Source of the DNA: an uncultured Acidobacteriota bacterium
GTDB taxonomy: Bacteria > Actinomycetota > Acidimicrobiia > Spongiisociales > ZC4RG35
Assembly: GCA_963828465.1 (NCBI GenBank)
Contig: CAWHEU010000018.1
Location: 64,001-128,000, forward strand
Direction of reading: 5' to 3'
DNA length: 64,000 bases
In this document: positions 48,318-58,769 of the stretch, piece after piece
Layout of the letters: every line of letters begins with the position of its first letter
Position numbering within the stretch: position 1 is the stretch's first letter
Notes under the pieces: model-generated
What the model saw: only the letters and a program-made list of their open reading frames with translations
Told to the model about the DNA's origin: nothing
Database searches by the model: none
Translations under genes and position numbers: made by a program

Positions 48318-49537
48318 TTGCCGATGAGGGCCAGCCGGGCGAGATGGAGTGCCGCAGCTGTGCCGTAGGTCCGCAGCCGCTCCCGGTCGCCACTGAATCT
48401 CAATTCCCGCACCCGGGTGTCGGCAGGGGTGGCGATACCGACGATCACGGTACCCACCGGCTTCTCAAGAGGCTCGGGACCGGCCGACCCGGTCACTGCG
48501 ATCGCGACGTCGACATCGAGCAACGCCCTCGCCCCTTGCGCCATGGCGAGAGCCGCGTCGCTGGTCACGACCTCGGTGACATCCGCCAATCCGAGCAGCC
48601 TCTGCTTCAACTCGGAGTCGTACGCGACGAGCCCTCCCTTGACCACGGCGGACGAGCCGGGGAGCTCGGTCAGTCGGGCGCTGACCATGCCGCCGGTCAT
48701 CGATTCTGCGGTCCCGATCGTGTATCCACGGTCCGAGAGCAGCCTCAGGAGAACCCGCTCGATGGTCTCGTCATCCAATCCGAAGACGGTCTCCCCCAGA
48801 CGGGAAACCACCTCGGCCTCCATCGGCTCGATGAGAAGCTGGGCCTCGGCCGCCGTGGCCGCCTTGGCCGTGACCCGAACCTTGATCTCCGAATTCGAGG
48901 CGAGGAAAGCCAGCGATGGGTTCACCGACGAGCTGTAGAGGTCGTCGAGGATCTCGGCAACCTCCGACTCGGGGCGACCCCAGGTGCGAATGACGCGACT
49001 CGCGATCACCTGCTGGTGTCCCGAGGCTGCCACCAGCCTCGGGACCACTTCGGTGAGCATCAAATGCTCCATTTCGGCGGGCACCCCGGGAACGCAAAAG
49101 ATCAGCTTGCCCTCGTGCTCGAGCATGAGACCGGGCGCCGTCCCGCGTGGATTGGGGATCATCTCCGCGCCTTCCGGGTAGTACGCCTGACGCAGGTTGC
49201 TCTGGGGCATCTCCCGTCCCCTTCTCGACCACCATTCCTTCAGCTGATCGGCGTAGTCCTCACTGAAGACAAGCTCCCGCCCGGTGACTTCGCAGACCGC
49301 CTCCCGGGTGATGTCGTCCTGAGTAGGCCCGATGCCACCCGTCATCACAACGGCATCCGACCTGTCGAGTGCGACCCTGATCGCCGAGGCGATGCGTGAC
49401 AGGTTGTCGCCGACCGTTTGCTGGTAATGGGCGTCGATGCCCTGCTCGGCGAGGGCGGCTCCCATAGTCGAGGTGTTGGAGTTGACGATCTGTCCGAGGA
49501 GGAGCTCGGTCCCCACTGCGATGACTTCGACGATCAT
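48302..49537 (-). CDS. cinA: CinA (competence/damage-inducible, NMN deamidase domain)
   Basis: MIVEVIAVGTELLLGQIVNSN, GGIGPTQDDITR, PGVPAEM, TAESMTGG; start overlaps rimO stop. Confidence 0.94.
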   Translation of the reverse strand: MIVEVIAVGTELLLGQIVNSNTSTMGAALAEQGIDAHYQQTVGDNLSRIASAIRVALDRSDAVVMTGGIGPTQDDITREAVCEVTGRELVFSEDYADQLKEWWSRRGREMPQSNLRQAYYPEGAEMIPNPRGTAPGLMLEHEGKLIFCVPGVPAEMEHLMLTEVVPRLVAASGHQQVIASRVIRTWGRPESEVAEILDDLYSSSVNPSLAFLASNSEIKVRVTAKAATAAEAQLLIEPMEAEVVSRLGETVFGLDDETIERVLLRLLSDRGYTIGTAESMTGGMVSARLTELPGSSAVVKGGLVAYDSELKQRLLGLADVTEVVTSDAALAMAQGARALLDVDVAIAVTGSAGPEPLEKPVGTVIVGIATPADTRVRELRFSGDRERLRTYGTAAALHLARLALIGKWWKE

Positions 49538-50852
49538 CGACCGGGCACCAATACCGCCTCCATGTCGGGGCCGAAGACCCCCGTGTACTCGACGGTGACC
49601 CATTCCCCAACCCGACCGCCGTCGAGTCGGACGACCCCGTCGATCTCGGGAGCATGGCGGTGGGAGCGACCGATCGGGACCTCGTCTTCCACCTGGTCGA
49701 CGAGAAGTCGATCGACCCGGCCCAGCCATTCGGCGTGTCGGGATTCGGTGACTTCTTCCTGGATCGAGGTCAGATGACGGAGACGCTCCATCGTGATGTC
49801 GCGCGGAACCTGATCGTCCATCGCCGCCGCCGGGGTGCCCGGTTCGGCCGAGTATGGGAAGAACCCGGCCCAGTCGAGGCCGGTCTCGACGAGGAAATCG
49901 GAGAGACTCGTCGACCTCTTGGTCGGTCTCGCCGGGGAAGCCGACGATGAAAGACGATCTCAGGGCGGCATCCGGTTGGAGCTCACGGATCCGCCCCACG
50001 AGGGCGACGTGCTTGTCAAAGTTCCCGGGCCGCTTCATCCGACGGAGCAGGGGGCCGGAGACGTGCTGGAGGGAGAGGTCGAAATACGGCGCCACGACGT
50101 CGTTGGAGGTCATCTCGACGAGGAGACGCTCTCGTATCTCTCGGGGATGCAAGTAGAGCAATCGGAGGCGCGCCAGACCGGGGACGTCGGAGAGAAACAC
50201 CAAGAGCTCGGGTAGCCCGCCCGGTGCATCGATGTCCCGTCCGTAGGCCGCCAGGTCCTGGGCGACCAGCACGATCTCACTCGCACCTGCGGCCGTCAGC
50301 AACTCGAGCTCCTCCCGAATCTCGACCGGGCGCCGAGAGCGTTGCTTGCCCCGGATCGAGGGGATTGCGCAGAAGGTGCAGGGCTTGTCGCAACCCTCGG
50401 CGACCTTCAGGTAGGCATAGGGCAGGTCGGAGACAGGACGGCCGGTAGCGTGGAGGATGTCCATTACCGGACGCCGCCGCAGACCGACTCGGCTCCCAGC
50501 CCGTCAGCCCGTCGATCACACCGACCAACTCCCCGTAGCGGTCGATCCCGAGCACGGCATCGACCTCTGGGAGGGCGGCCTCGACCTCGGAGCCGAATCG
50601 CTGAGCCATGCACCCGATGACCACCGACCGGGCCTCGGGCCGCTTGCGGTCTTCCATCTCGAGGATCGCCTCGACGGACTCCGCTCTGGCCTCCTCTATG
50701 AATGCGCACGTGTTGACCATGACCACGTCGGCGTCCTCCGGTGCATCCGCCCAGCCGTAACCGGCCTCGGAGAGCATGGCGATGATCTTCTCCGAGTCGA
50801 CCTGGTTCTTGGCGCACCCGAGCGTGCTCAACCAAACCGTGGGAGCGGGCAT
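49534..50852 (-). CDS. rimO: Ribosomal protein S12 methylthiotransferase (two apparent +1 insertions near 50490 and 49907)
   Basis: LGCAKNQVDSE, VNTCAFI, YAYLKVAEGCDKPCTFCAIP, APEIDG spread over three frames. Confidence 0.9.
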
Positions 50853-50877
50853 GACCGGGAGCTTATAAAGAGCGGGG

Positions 50878-51132
50878 TTACTCCCGCGACGACTCCACCA
50901 CCACCAGGAGATGGCCGGGGCCGACCGCATCGGCGAGCGTGTTCCAGGTTGCGATGCTCACCAGGCCGTCCTCCTCGATTTCGGCGCAGGCGAGATGAAC
51001 CGCGTCCACCAGAGGGTCCAGGGTGTGGTCGATGTCATAGGCCTGGGCGACGGCGATTCGGGCTTCGGCCACATCGTGGATCGCAACCGCCCGAATGGCC
51101 TCCTCGACGAAGGCCTCTGCCTTCGGCTGCAT
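50878..51132 (-). CDS. Small acidic helical hypothetical protein
   Basis: 84 aa; ATG overlaps upstream stop (TGATG). Confidence 0.75.
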   Translation of the reverse strand: MQPKAEAFVEEAIRAVAIHDVAEARIAVAQAYDIDHTLDPLVDAVHLACAEIEEDGLVSIATWNTLADAVGPGHLLVVVESSRE

Positions 51133-52187
51133 CAGATCTCGCGGAAGAGGTAACGACGGAGGATGTCGATGCGGTCGTCCAATGTCTCCGGGTCGAGATA
51201 CCAGAGCATCGCAGCCACCGTGGAGAGGAGCGGGTTCCCGTCCTGTGGGGTGAATGAGAACCCGACGACTTCGTTGCCATTGCGAACCGCCAGAGTGCTC
51301 AGGGCGACAACGGTCTGGCTCATGATCCGGCCGAAGTATCCGTGGTCACGACCGAAGGAGAACACCTGGTTGGCCGACGTCTTGTGAGTGACGGCGACCC
51401 GGGTGTTGGCCATGAGACGCTCCTTGGCGTCTTCGACGGTGATTTCCTCGTCCAACTGCAGGGAGAACTGGATCGAGTGCATGTACTGGGTATTGATCTT
51501 GACCGCAGACGAGTAGAGGTTGAGGTCGTAGCCCATGGTCTCGAATAGCTCATGGGCGTCCCGGGCATGGTGGGTCCCGAATCGCTCATCCTTGTGCGAT
51601 TCCACCGTGGGGCTGGCCACGAAGCCGTCGTCCTGGCTGATGTCATTGGCCCGCCTCATACAGAGGAATCGACCGTCCTCGAGGTGGTTTGTCCCGTCGG
51701 CGTCGATGGCCAGGGAGCGGACCAGAGCGGCAATGTTGTGGGTGTTACAGGAGACGATGTGGAGAAACCGGTCCTCGCCGGCGACCAGGGCGCTGTCGTT
51801 GATGCCCCGGGCATACATCTTCCCGAACCCGAACTCGGAGCCCTGGGCCATGAAGCCCCTCGGCCCATCGGCGTGGTCGTAGAACTCCGCTTTCATCCCG
51901 TTCCCCACCGGCGTGCAGTCGATGACGACCGTTGCTCGCTCGATCGCCTCGCGGGCCTCGTACTTGGGCGCGTGGCCAAGCTCTTGAAAAGACGAGAACC
52001 GCTCCTCGTCGACTGCCAACACCGCACCTCTTCCCTCGAGATCGGCAACCTTGGCCTTTTCGGTCAGCAATGGGGTGCGCTTGTGGAAAGTCACCTCTTC
52101 GATGCCGAAATGGTCCTTGTTGTCGGCGAGGAGGCCGATGAGGGGCTCACCTATGGTGCCGGTGCCCACCACATGGACGATGTTCAT
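51132..52187 (-). CDS. Archaeal-type (class II) GAPDH-like dehydrogenase
   Basis: VGTGTIG, VVIDCTP, AQGSE, IVSCNT, RRAND, HHARD, YMH motifs colinear with archaeal GAPDH. Confidence 0.8.
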   Translation of the reverse strand: MNIVHVVGTGTIGEPLIGLLADNKDHFGIEEVTFHKRTPLLTEKAKVADLEGRGAVLAVDEERFSSFQELGHAPKYEAREAIERATVVIDCTPVGNGMKAEFYDHADGPRGFMAQGSEFGFGKMYARGINDSALVAGEDRFLHIVSCNTHNIAALVRSLAIDADGTNHLEDGRFLCMRRANDISQDDGFVASPTVESHKDERFGTHHARDAHELFETMGYDLNLYSSAVKINTQYMHSIQFSLQLDEEITVEDAKERLMANTRVAVTHKTSANQVFSFGRDHGYFGRIMSQTVVALSTLAVRNGNEVVGFSFTPQDGNPLLSTVAAMLWYLDPETLDDRIDILRRYLFREI

Positions 52188-52867
52188 GACGGGTTCCCTC
52201 CGAGAACAGCGCTGCTCCTGGGGCTCACACTAACTTGCCCCTCCTTTTCGTTACCCAAACTCTCGACGCGGACCAGTACTTCGCTTGCAATTGGGACAAA
52301 CCCACAGGCCAGGAACGAGCGCACGGAGCGTGCGTTCCCCGGCGCTACGGCTGCGAACACGGGTTCTCCATGGGGGGTCATCGTCAGCGCCTGATGGATG
52401 AGGTGACGCCCGCGTGGGCCATCGGGGGAGTTCTCCACACTCATCTCTCGTCGCCCTCCCAACCCAAGACCCAGTGTGAACAAGCCGTCGGGCGAACCGT
52501 AGGCCCGTACTTGCTCCCGTCTGGCTCGGGCGAAAGCCACCCGGGGATGGTGGTCGAGGTCGGGCCTGGGTACCAGGGCTCCGCCACCTCGGCCCTCGGC
52601 GAACATCGTGATATCGATCGAACCGATGCTCCCTCGTGGCCCGGCCATTCGGAGCATGACCTCGGGATGAAGCGCCCTGCCGAGCCCATCGGGAGCGAGG
52701 TCGGACAGGTCATCGGCTCTGAGCCGGCTGGCGATGAAGGCATGTCCCGTGAAGCACACCACCGCCTCCTGACCGTCGCCCAGCTCCGGGAGAAACGTGA
52801 CCCCACCGTCCATCTCGGGGAATCGGCCGGCCGCGGCGTCGCGGAGGATGGTCAGAAGCGGGTGCAC
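52184..52867 (-). CDS. Hypothetical protein with GNAT-like C-terminus
   Basis: FAAVAPGNARSVRSFLACGF; TATCGT-N6-GTG promoter. Confidence 0.75.
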   Translation of the reverse strand: MHPLLTILRDAAAGRFPEMDGGVTFLPELGDGQEAVVCFTGHAFIASRLRADDLSDLAPDGLGRALHPEVMLRMAGPRGSIGSIDITMFAEGRGGGALVPRPDLDHHPRVAFARARREQVRAYGSPDGLFTLGLGLGGRREMSVENSPDGPRGRHLIHQALTMTPHGEPVFAAVAPGNARSVRSFLACGFVPIASEVLVRVESLGNEKEGQVSVSPRSSAVLGGNPS

Positions 52868-52883
52868 GTCTCAACGATATTCA

Positions 52884-54173
52884 CTAGCTCGGCGTCGAGA
52901 ACTGGGCCTGCTCCGTCGAGCCTTCAAGTGCCAGTGTGGATGACTTGCCGCCGGCCACCACCTGGCTCACCAGGTCGAAGTAGCCGGCGCCCACCTCGCG
53001 CTGATGCCGGGTGGCCGTGTACCCGTCGCCTTCCATCGAGAATTCCCGGTTCTGGAGCTCGACATAGGCCGGCATCCCCTCCTCGGCATAGCCACGGGCC
53101 AATTCGAACATCGATGCGTTCAGGGCATGGAACCCGGCCAGGGTGATGAACTGGTAGCGATAACCCATCGTGCCCAACTCCTTCTGGAACCGGCCGATCG
53201 TCGCCTCGTCCAGGTGCTTGGACCAGTTGAACGATGGCGAGCAGTTGTAGGCCAGCATCTTGCCCGGGTACTCGGCATGGATCGCCTCGGCGAAGACCCT
53301 CGCCTCGTCGAGGTCCGGGCGGGCCGTTTCGCACCAGATCAGGTCTGAGTACGGCGCGTAGGACAGACCGCGGGCGATCGCCGATTCGAGACCGCCGGTG
53401 ACCATGTGGAACCCCTCCGGGGTGCGCTCGCCGGTCGCAAAAGCGCGATCTCGCTCGTCGATATCGGATGTGAGGAGGGTGGCGCCATTCGCATCGGTCC
53501 GGGCCACGATCAGGGTTGGCACATCCATCACGTCGGCGGCAAGACGCGCCGCCTGCAGCGTTCGAACGTGTTGCGCCGTCGGCACCAGGACCTTGCCCCC
53601 CATGTGACCGCACTTCTTCTCTGCCGCCAACTGGTCCTCGTAATGGATGCCGGCGGCGCCGGCCTGGATGAATCGCTTGGTGAGCTCGAAGACATTGAGC
53701 GAGCCGCCGAACCCGGCCTCGCCGTCGGCGATGATGGGAACGAACCAGTCGATGTCGGTCTTTCCCTCCGCCCAGTGGATCTGGTCGGCTCGGCGGAGTG
53801 CATTGTTGATCCGCTCCACCAGTGCCGGGGCGGAATTGGAGGGGTACAACGATTGATCGGGATAGACGTCGCCGGCCAGGTTCCCGTCCGCCGCCACCTG
53901 CCATCCGGAGAGGTAGATCGACTTCAGACCGGCCTTCACCATCTGCACCGCTTGTCCACCGCTGAGAGCTCCCAGTGCGCTGACGTAGTCCTCGGTGGTC
54001 AGACGCTCCCAGAGAGCGATGGCCATCCGATTCGCCAGCGTGGACTGCTCCCTTATGCTGCCCCGGAGCCTCACCACGTCTTCAGCGCTGTAGTCCCGGG
54101 TGACGCCCTCCCAGCGAGGGTTGGCCTTCCAGTCGTCGGCCAGACGGCTGGCCTCGTTGGCGACGTGCGACAT
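52884..54173 (-). CDS. aceA: Isocitrate lyase
   Basis: [40 protein letters not shown]; start ATG 54173. Confidence 0.97.
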   Translation of the reverse strand: MSHVANEASRLADDWKANPRWEGVTRDYSAEDVVRLRGSIREQSTLANRMAIALWERLTTEDYVSALGALSGGQAVQMVKAGLKSIYLSGWQVAADGNLAGDVYPDQSLYPSNSAPALVERINNALRRADQIHWAEGKTDIDWFVPIIADGEAGFGGSLNVFELTKRFIQAGAAGIHYEDQLAAEKKCGHMGGKVLVPTAQHVRTLQAARLAADVMDVPTLIVARTDANGATLLTSDIDERDRAFATGERTPEGFHMVTGGLESAIARGLSYAPYSDLIWCETARPDLDEARVFAEAIHAEYPGKMLAYNCSPSFNWSKHLDEATIGRFQKELGTMGYRYQFITLAGFHALNASMFELARGYAEEGMPAYVELQNREFSMEGDGYTATRHQREVGAGYFDLVSQVVAGGKSSTLALEGSTEQAQFSTPS

Positions 54174-54184
54174 GTCTCTCTCCC

Positions 54185-55744
54185 TCAGTTGATCAACTCG
54201 TAGGCGGGCAATGTCAGGAACTCGACGAAGCTCTCCCCGAGGGCCACGTCTTCGAAGATTTTTTGGGCGACGGGCAGCCGATCCCCATACGGGTTGTCCT
54301 CCCCCTCCAAGCGATCGATCACAGACCCGGCTATCGAGCGCACCCGGGCCTCGGTGATGGGGGCGGCGTCTTCGGTTTCGACGCCGTGTCGCACCCACTG
54401 CCACACCTGCGATCTCGAGATCTCTGCCGTTGCGACGTCTTCCATGAGATTGTCGATTGCGGCGGCACCGGTCCCGGACAGCCACGAGGCGAGATAGCGG
54501 ATGCCCACCGAGACATTCGTCTCCAGGCCAGTGGTCGTCACAGATCCGGGGAACTCGAAGTCGAGCAGGTCGCCCGCCTCCACGGCAACATCGTCGCGCT
54601 GGCGGTCCAGCTGGTTCGGCCGTCCCCCGAGGACGTCGTCGAACTCTTTCATGGCCACAGGTACCAGATCGGGATGGGCCACCCAGGTGCCGTCACAACC
54701 CGCCCCCGCCTCCCGGGCCTTGTCGGCCCTCACGGCAGCGATCGCCTTCTCTGTGACCTCGGCATCGCGCCGATTGGGGATGAAGGCCGCCATGCCGCCG
54801 ATGGCATGCGCACCTCTCCGGTGACACGTCTTGACCATCAGCTCGGTGTAGGCACGCATGAACGGGACTGTCATCGTGACGGAGCCGCGATCGGGCAAGA
54901 TGAACGATGGGTCGTTCCGGAACTTCTTGATCACAGAGAAGATGTAGTCCCAGCGCCCGGCGTTGAGGCCGGCCGCATGCCGGCGCAGCTCGTACAGGAT
55001 CTCGTCCATCTCGAACGCGGCGAGGATCGTCTCGATCAGGACGGTGGCCTTGATGCTGCCCTGCGGGATACCGAGCCGATCCTGGGCCCAGACGAACACG
55101 TCATTCCAGAGTCTCGCCTCGAGATGAGACTCCAGCTTGGGCAGATAGAGATAGGGGCCGGTCCCGGCCTCGATCGCCGCTCGCCCACCATGGAAGAGAT
55201 AGAGGCCGAAGTCGAACAACGAACCGGACATGGGACGCCCGTCGACCAGGAAATGCTTTTCGCCGAGATGCCAGCCACGCGGTCGAACCACCAGGGTCGC
55301 CGTCTTGCTGTCGAGCTCGTAAGTCTTCTCTCCGGTGTCGAGTCTCAACTCGCGCCGATAGGCGTCGACCAGATTGGCCTGGCCTTCGAGGAGGTTGAGC
55401 CAGGTCGGAGAGGTCGCATCCTCGAAGTCGGCCATGAAGACCCGGGCGCCCGAGTTGAGCGCGTTGATCATCATCTTGGCGTCGACCGGGCCGGTGATCT
55501 CGACGCGGCGGTCGGTCAGGTCGGCGGGCACCGGGTCGATCACCCAGTCCGACTCCCTGACATGCCGGGTCTCGCTGAGAAAGGCAGGTTGCTCCCCATC
55601 ATCGAGCCGGCCCTGCCGGGTCTGTCGCTCGGCGAGGAGCTGGCCCCGCTGCCAGCCGAACTCCTGTTCCAGATCGGTGAGAAACGCGACCGCTTCCGGG
55701 TCGAGGACCCGGCGCTCGATCTCGGTATCTCGAAACTGATTCAT
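54185..55744 (-). CDS. aceB: Malate synthase A
   Basis: [49 protein letters not shown]. Confidence 0.97.
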   Translation of the reverse strand: MNQFRDTEIERRVLDPEAVAFLTDLEQEFGWQRGQLLAERQTRQGRLDDGEQPAFLSETRHVRESDWVIDPVPADLTDRRVEITGPVDAKMMINALNSGARVFMADFEDATSPTWLNLLEGQANLVDAYRRELRLDTGEKTYELDSKTATLVVRPRGWHLGEKHFLVDGRPMSGSLFDFGLYLFHGGRAAIEAGTGPYLYLPKLESHLEARLWNDVFVWAQDRLGIPQGSIKATVLIETILAAFEMDEILYELRRHAAGLNAGRWDYIFSVIKKFRNDPSFILPDRGSVTMTVPFMRAYTELMVKTCHRRGAHAIGGMAAFIPNRRDAEVTEKAIAAVRADKAREAGAGCDGTWVAHPDLVPVAMKEFDDVLGGRPNQLDRQRDDVAVEAGDLLDFEFPGSVTTTGLETNVSVGIRYLASWLSGTGAAAIDNLMEDVATAEISRSQVWQWVRHGVETEDAAPITEARVRSIAGSVIDRLEGEDNPYGDRLPVAQKIFEDVALGESFVEFLTLPAYELIN

Positions 55745-55828
55745 AAGATGGCAGTGTCTTTACCAGAAGGTTACAATTTCAAATCAGGATAGACTAAAGA
55801 ATAGACGATCTTTCGGAAGCGAAGACAA

Positions 55829-57278
55829 ATGACCCAAACTCAGCAGTTGGACCCGCTCATCCTCGGCCGGCGGCTTCGTCATCACCGCCGGGAGCGTGGG
55901 ATGACCCTCGACGAGCTCGGCGCTGCGGTGCGCCGGCCCGCCCCGTATCTGTCCCTGCTCGAGAACGGGAAGAAGCAACCGCGTCTCAACCTGGTCGTCG
56001 AGATCGCCGCCGCTCTGGATGTCGACCTCGCCGAGCTTCTCGACCCCAACCCACCCAATCGGAGGGACGCGTTGGAGATCGCCTTGCTCAGATCGCAGGA
56101 AACCCCGCTCTTCGATTCGCTCCATCTCCCCACGGTCAAGCCGAGCGCCAAGCTCGACAACGAGACACTGACCCATCTGGTCGGTCTCCACGATGCGCTG
56201 CGAGAGCGCTCCAACCTGAGCTCTGCCGGCTCCGAGGACGTGAGGCGAGCCAACGGGGAGGTCACCGCCTGGCTCGCCGGACATGACGGCTATCTCGAAC
56301 AAGTGGAGACCGAAGCCCGAAGCGCACTCGCCTCGAGCGGGTATTCCGGTGAGGGCCCGTTCTCCTCGCGGAACCTGCTCGACCTGAGTGCCAGCGCTGG
56401 GTTCGAGCTGCACCCGGTCGAGGACATGCCTTCGTTTGCCGCGGTCGATCATCGACCTCGATCACCACCGGGTCTATATCGCCCAGCGTGATGCCTTGCG
56501 CACACGTCAGGCTCGCAAGGCGGTATTGCAGACGCTTGCCGGTTTCCTACTTGGTCACCAGACCGACCCCGACCTCGACACGTTTCTACGCCAGAGGGTG
56601 GAGACTGCCTACTTCGCCGCGGCGGTGCTGGCGCCCGAGGATGCGGTGGTGGCGAGGCTCAGCGCAGCCAAGGAAAACCACGACATCGATGTCGAAGACG
56701 TAAAAGAGCTCTTCTATGTCTCGTACGAGATGGCGGCTTGGCGAACGGTGAACCTGGCCACGCATCATCTCGGCATCAGGACACATCTCATTGTCAACGA
56801 TGCGATGGGGACGGTGGTCAAGGCCTATGCCAACGACGACGTGCCCATACCGAGAGATGGTCATGGCGGGATGGAGACACAGCGTCTCTGCCGCCGCTGG
56901 GGGGCACGGATCACGTTCGACTCGGCCGAGCGTTACGGGACCCATCATCAATACACCGACACACCTGAAGGTACGTTCTTCTGCACCACGCATGTCGAAG
57001 CGGGTCGGGAGCCGGGTAATGCGGTCACCGTCGGGGTCCCCTTCGTCGAGGCCCGATGGTTCCGGGGGCGTGACACGGAGAATCGTGAGTCTTCGACCTG
57101 CCCTGATCCGGGTTGTTGCAGGACGGCAGCGCCGGACCTGCAGCGGAAGTGGTCGGACAAGGTCATCGTCTCGGCCCGCTCTCAGAGCCGGATCCTGGGT
57201 CTCCTTGCCCCCGACCCCTATCCCGAACTGGACATGCCCGAAGTCCTCGACCTGGTCGAGACACACTCGGAGGGCTGA
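55829..57278 (+). CDS. XRE-family glyoxylate-cycle regulator (RamB-like), one apparent frameshift near 56440
   Basis: N-terminal HTH (LDELGAAV...YLSLLENGKKQP), YFAAAVLAPE, FYVSYEMAA, C-terminal TCPDPGCC; divergent from aceBA. Confidence 0.85.
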
Positions 57279-58760
57279 TCAGCTCGAGGTGTCCTCGATG
57301 AATCCTCTCAGGTGGCCGGCCAGGGCATTCAGCGACTGACGCTGCAGGTACATCATGTGGCCCGCCTCGTAGTACTCGGTCCGGATGTTTTTCCGCAATG
57401 ACTCGTCGAGACCGAGATGGCTGATCGTGTAGTCGGTTGCGAAATGGGGCGTGGCCAGGTCGTAGTACCCGCTGGCCACGAACACTTGCAACCGCTGGGA
57501 TCGGGACATGACATCCCGAAGCTGTTCCGAGGTGTCGACGTAGTGACCCTTGAACTCTTCGTAGTCCCAGGACTCGTTCACCTTCATGCTCAGGGTCTCG
57601 TAGAAGGATTCGTTCTCGAATCCGAGCTCCACCCGCAGGTAGTCGTTCAGCGTCGCCGTGAAAGGCCCGCCGATCTGATCGGAGGCCGGGTCGTTCTCCA
57701 GATTGTCTCCAGCCGCTATCCGGTCGATCCCCGTGAAGCGAGAATCGAGCCGGCCGACGGTTCTTCGCTGGTCTCGCATCAGCTCCTTGCAGAAGCGTTG
57801 GATGTGGATCCGGAGGTTGTATCGATCGATGTAGTCGGCGGAGATCCCGGTGTATGCCGCCAGCTTGGCCATCACTCGTTTTCGTTCGGTGTCTTCGAGC
57901 GCATCGCCGCGGGCCAGGGCTGACCAGTAGGGGCCGATGGTGAACTCCTCCACCTCGTCGAGGAGGTCGCGGAGGTCACGGCGCTGGAGCTTGGATGAGA
58001 GCCGGCCGTGGAACCAGGCAGTGGCGGCGTAGGTGGGCAGGAAGACCATGAAAGGAAGGTCGTTTCCCGGCCGGAAGACGAGCGCATCAGGCTCCTGGCC
58101 GATCGTCTGGAAGTTGAGGGCCGACGAGATGAGGATCAGCCCGTTTAGCTCAGTTCCCTTGTGGGCGAAGAGACTGTGGGCGATCGCCGCCCCTCTGGTA
58201 GTCCCGTAGCTCTCCCCGGCCACATACTTCGGGGAGGCCCACCTCCCATTCCGGTTCAGGTAGGAAACGATGAAGTCGGTGAAGGCGCCGATGTCCTTGG
58301 AGAAGTGGTGGAACTCTTTCTCCTTGTCCTTGGGGGTTGCCGTGGAGAAGCCGGTGCCGATGGCGTCGACGAGGACCACATCCGCCACATCGAGTATCGA
58401 TTGATCGTTGTGGATCAGTCGGCCGGGCACCGAGACCTTGAAGCCGCTCTCGTCGAATTCCACCCGTCGCGGCCCGAGCAGCCCGAGATGGAGCCAGACA
58501 GTGGACGATCCCGGTCCTCCGTTGAAGGCGAACACGATCGGCCGGGATGCCGGGTCGGCTCCGTCCTCGGTGTATGCGACGTGGAAGAAGACCGCCTTCT
58601 TGTCGTCCTCCTGCTCGACGATCTGGGTGGCGGCGGTCGCGGTGTAGGACACCTTGCGGCGGCCAAACTTGCCGGTGTACTGCTTGGAGACGCTTTTCTC
58701 TTCGACCTCGGGAAGGGGTGGCGTGTCCTCTTGGACCTGATTGGTCTGCTCTTCTGCCAT
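57279..58760 (-). CDS. Peptidase S10 serine carboxypeptidase
   Basis: FNGGPGSS, DAIGTGFS, GESYG, GYYDLATP, YEAGHMMY. Confidence 0.93.
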   Translation of the reverse strand: MAEEQTNQVQEDTPPLPEVEEKSVSKQYTGKFGRRKVSYTATAATQIVEQEDDKKAVFFHVAYTEDGADPASRPIVFAFNGGPGSSTVWLHLGLLGPRRVEFDESGFKVSVPGRLIHNDQSILDVADVVLVDAIGTGFSTATPKDKEKEFHHFSKDIGAFTDFIVSYLNRNGRWASPKYVAGESYGTTRGAAIAHSLFAHKGTELNGLILISSALNFQTIGQEPDALVFRPGNDLPFMVFLPTYAATAWFHGRLSSKLQRRDLRDLLDEVEEFTIGPYWSALARGDALEDTERKRVMAKLAAYTGISADYIDRYNLRIHIQRFCKELMRDQRRTVGRLDSRFTGIDRIAAGDNLENDPASDQIGGPFTATLNDYLRVELGFENESFYETLSMKVNESWDYEEFKGHYVDTSEQLRDVMSRSQRLQVFVASGYYDLATPHFATDYTISHLGLDESLRKNIRTEYYEAGHMMYLQRQSLNALAGHLRGFIEDTSS

Positions 58761-58769
58761 GACTCGAAT

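Noticed and set aside
48302-50464. 720-aa RimO-CinA fusion ORF
   Set aside because: Artefact of the rimO frameshift near 49907; the rimO C-terminus is in another frame and cinA has its own start at 49537.
54263-55792. Long antisense ORFs opposite aceB, recA, EF-G2, miaB, relA and others
   Set aside because: Expected shadow ORFs of high-GC codon usage; no recognisable motifs.
55745-55828. RamB operator in the aceB/regulator spacer (TCTTT..GAAG twice)
   Set aside because: The AT-rich spacer surely holds promoters, but no motif could be matched with confidence.
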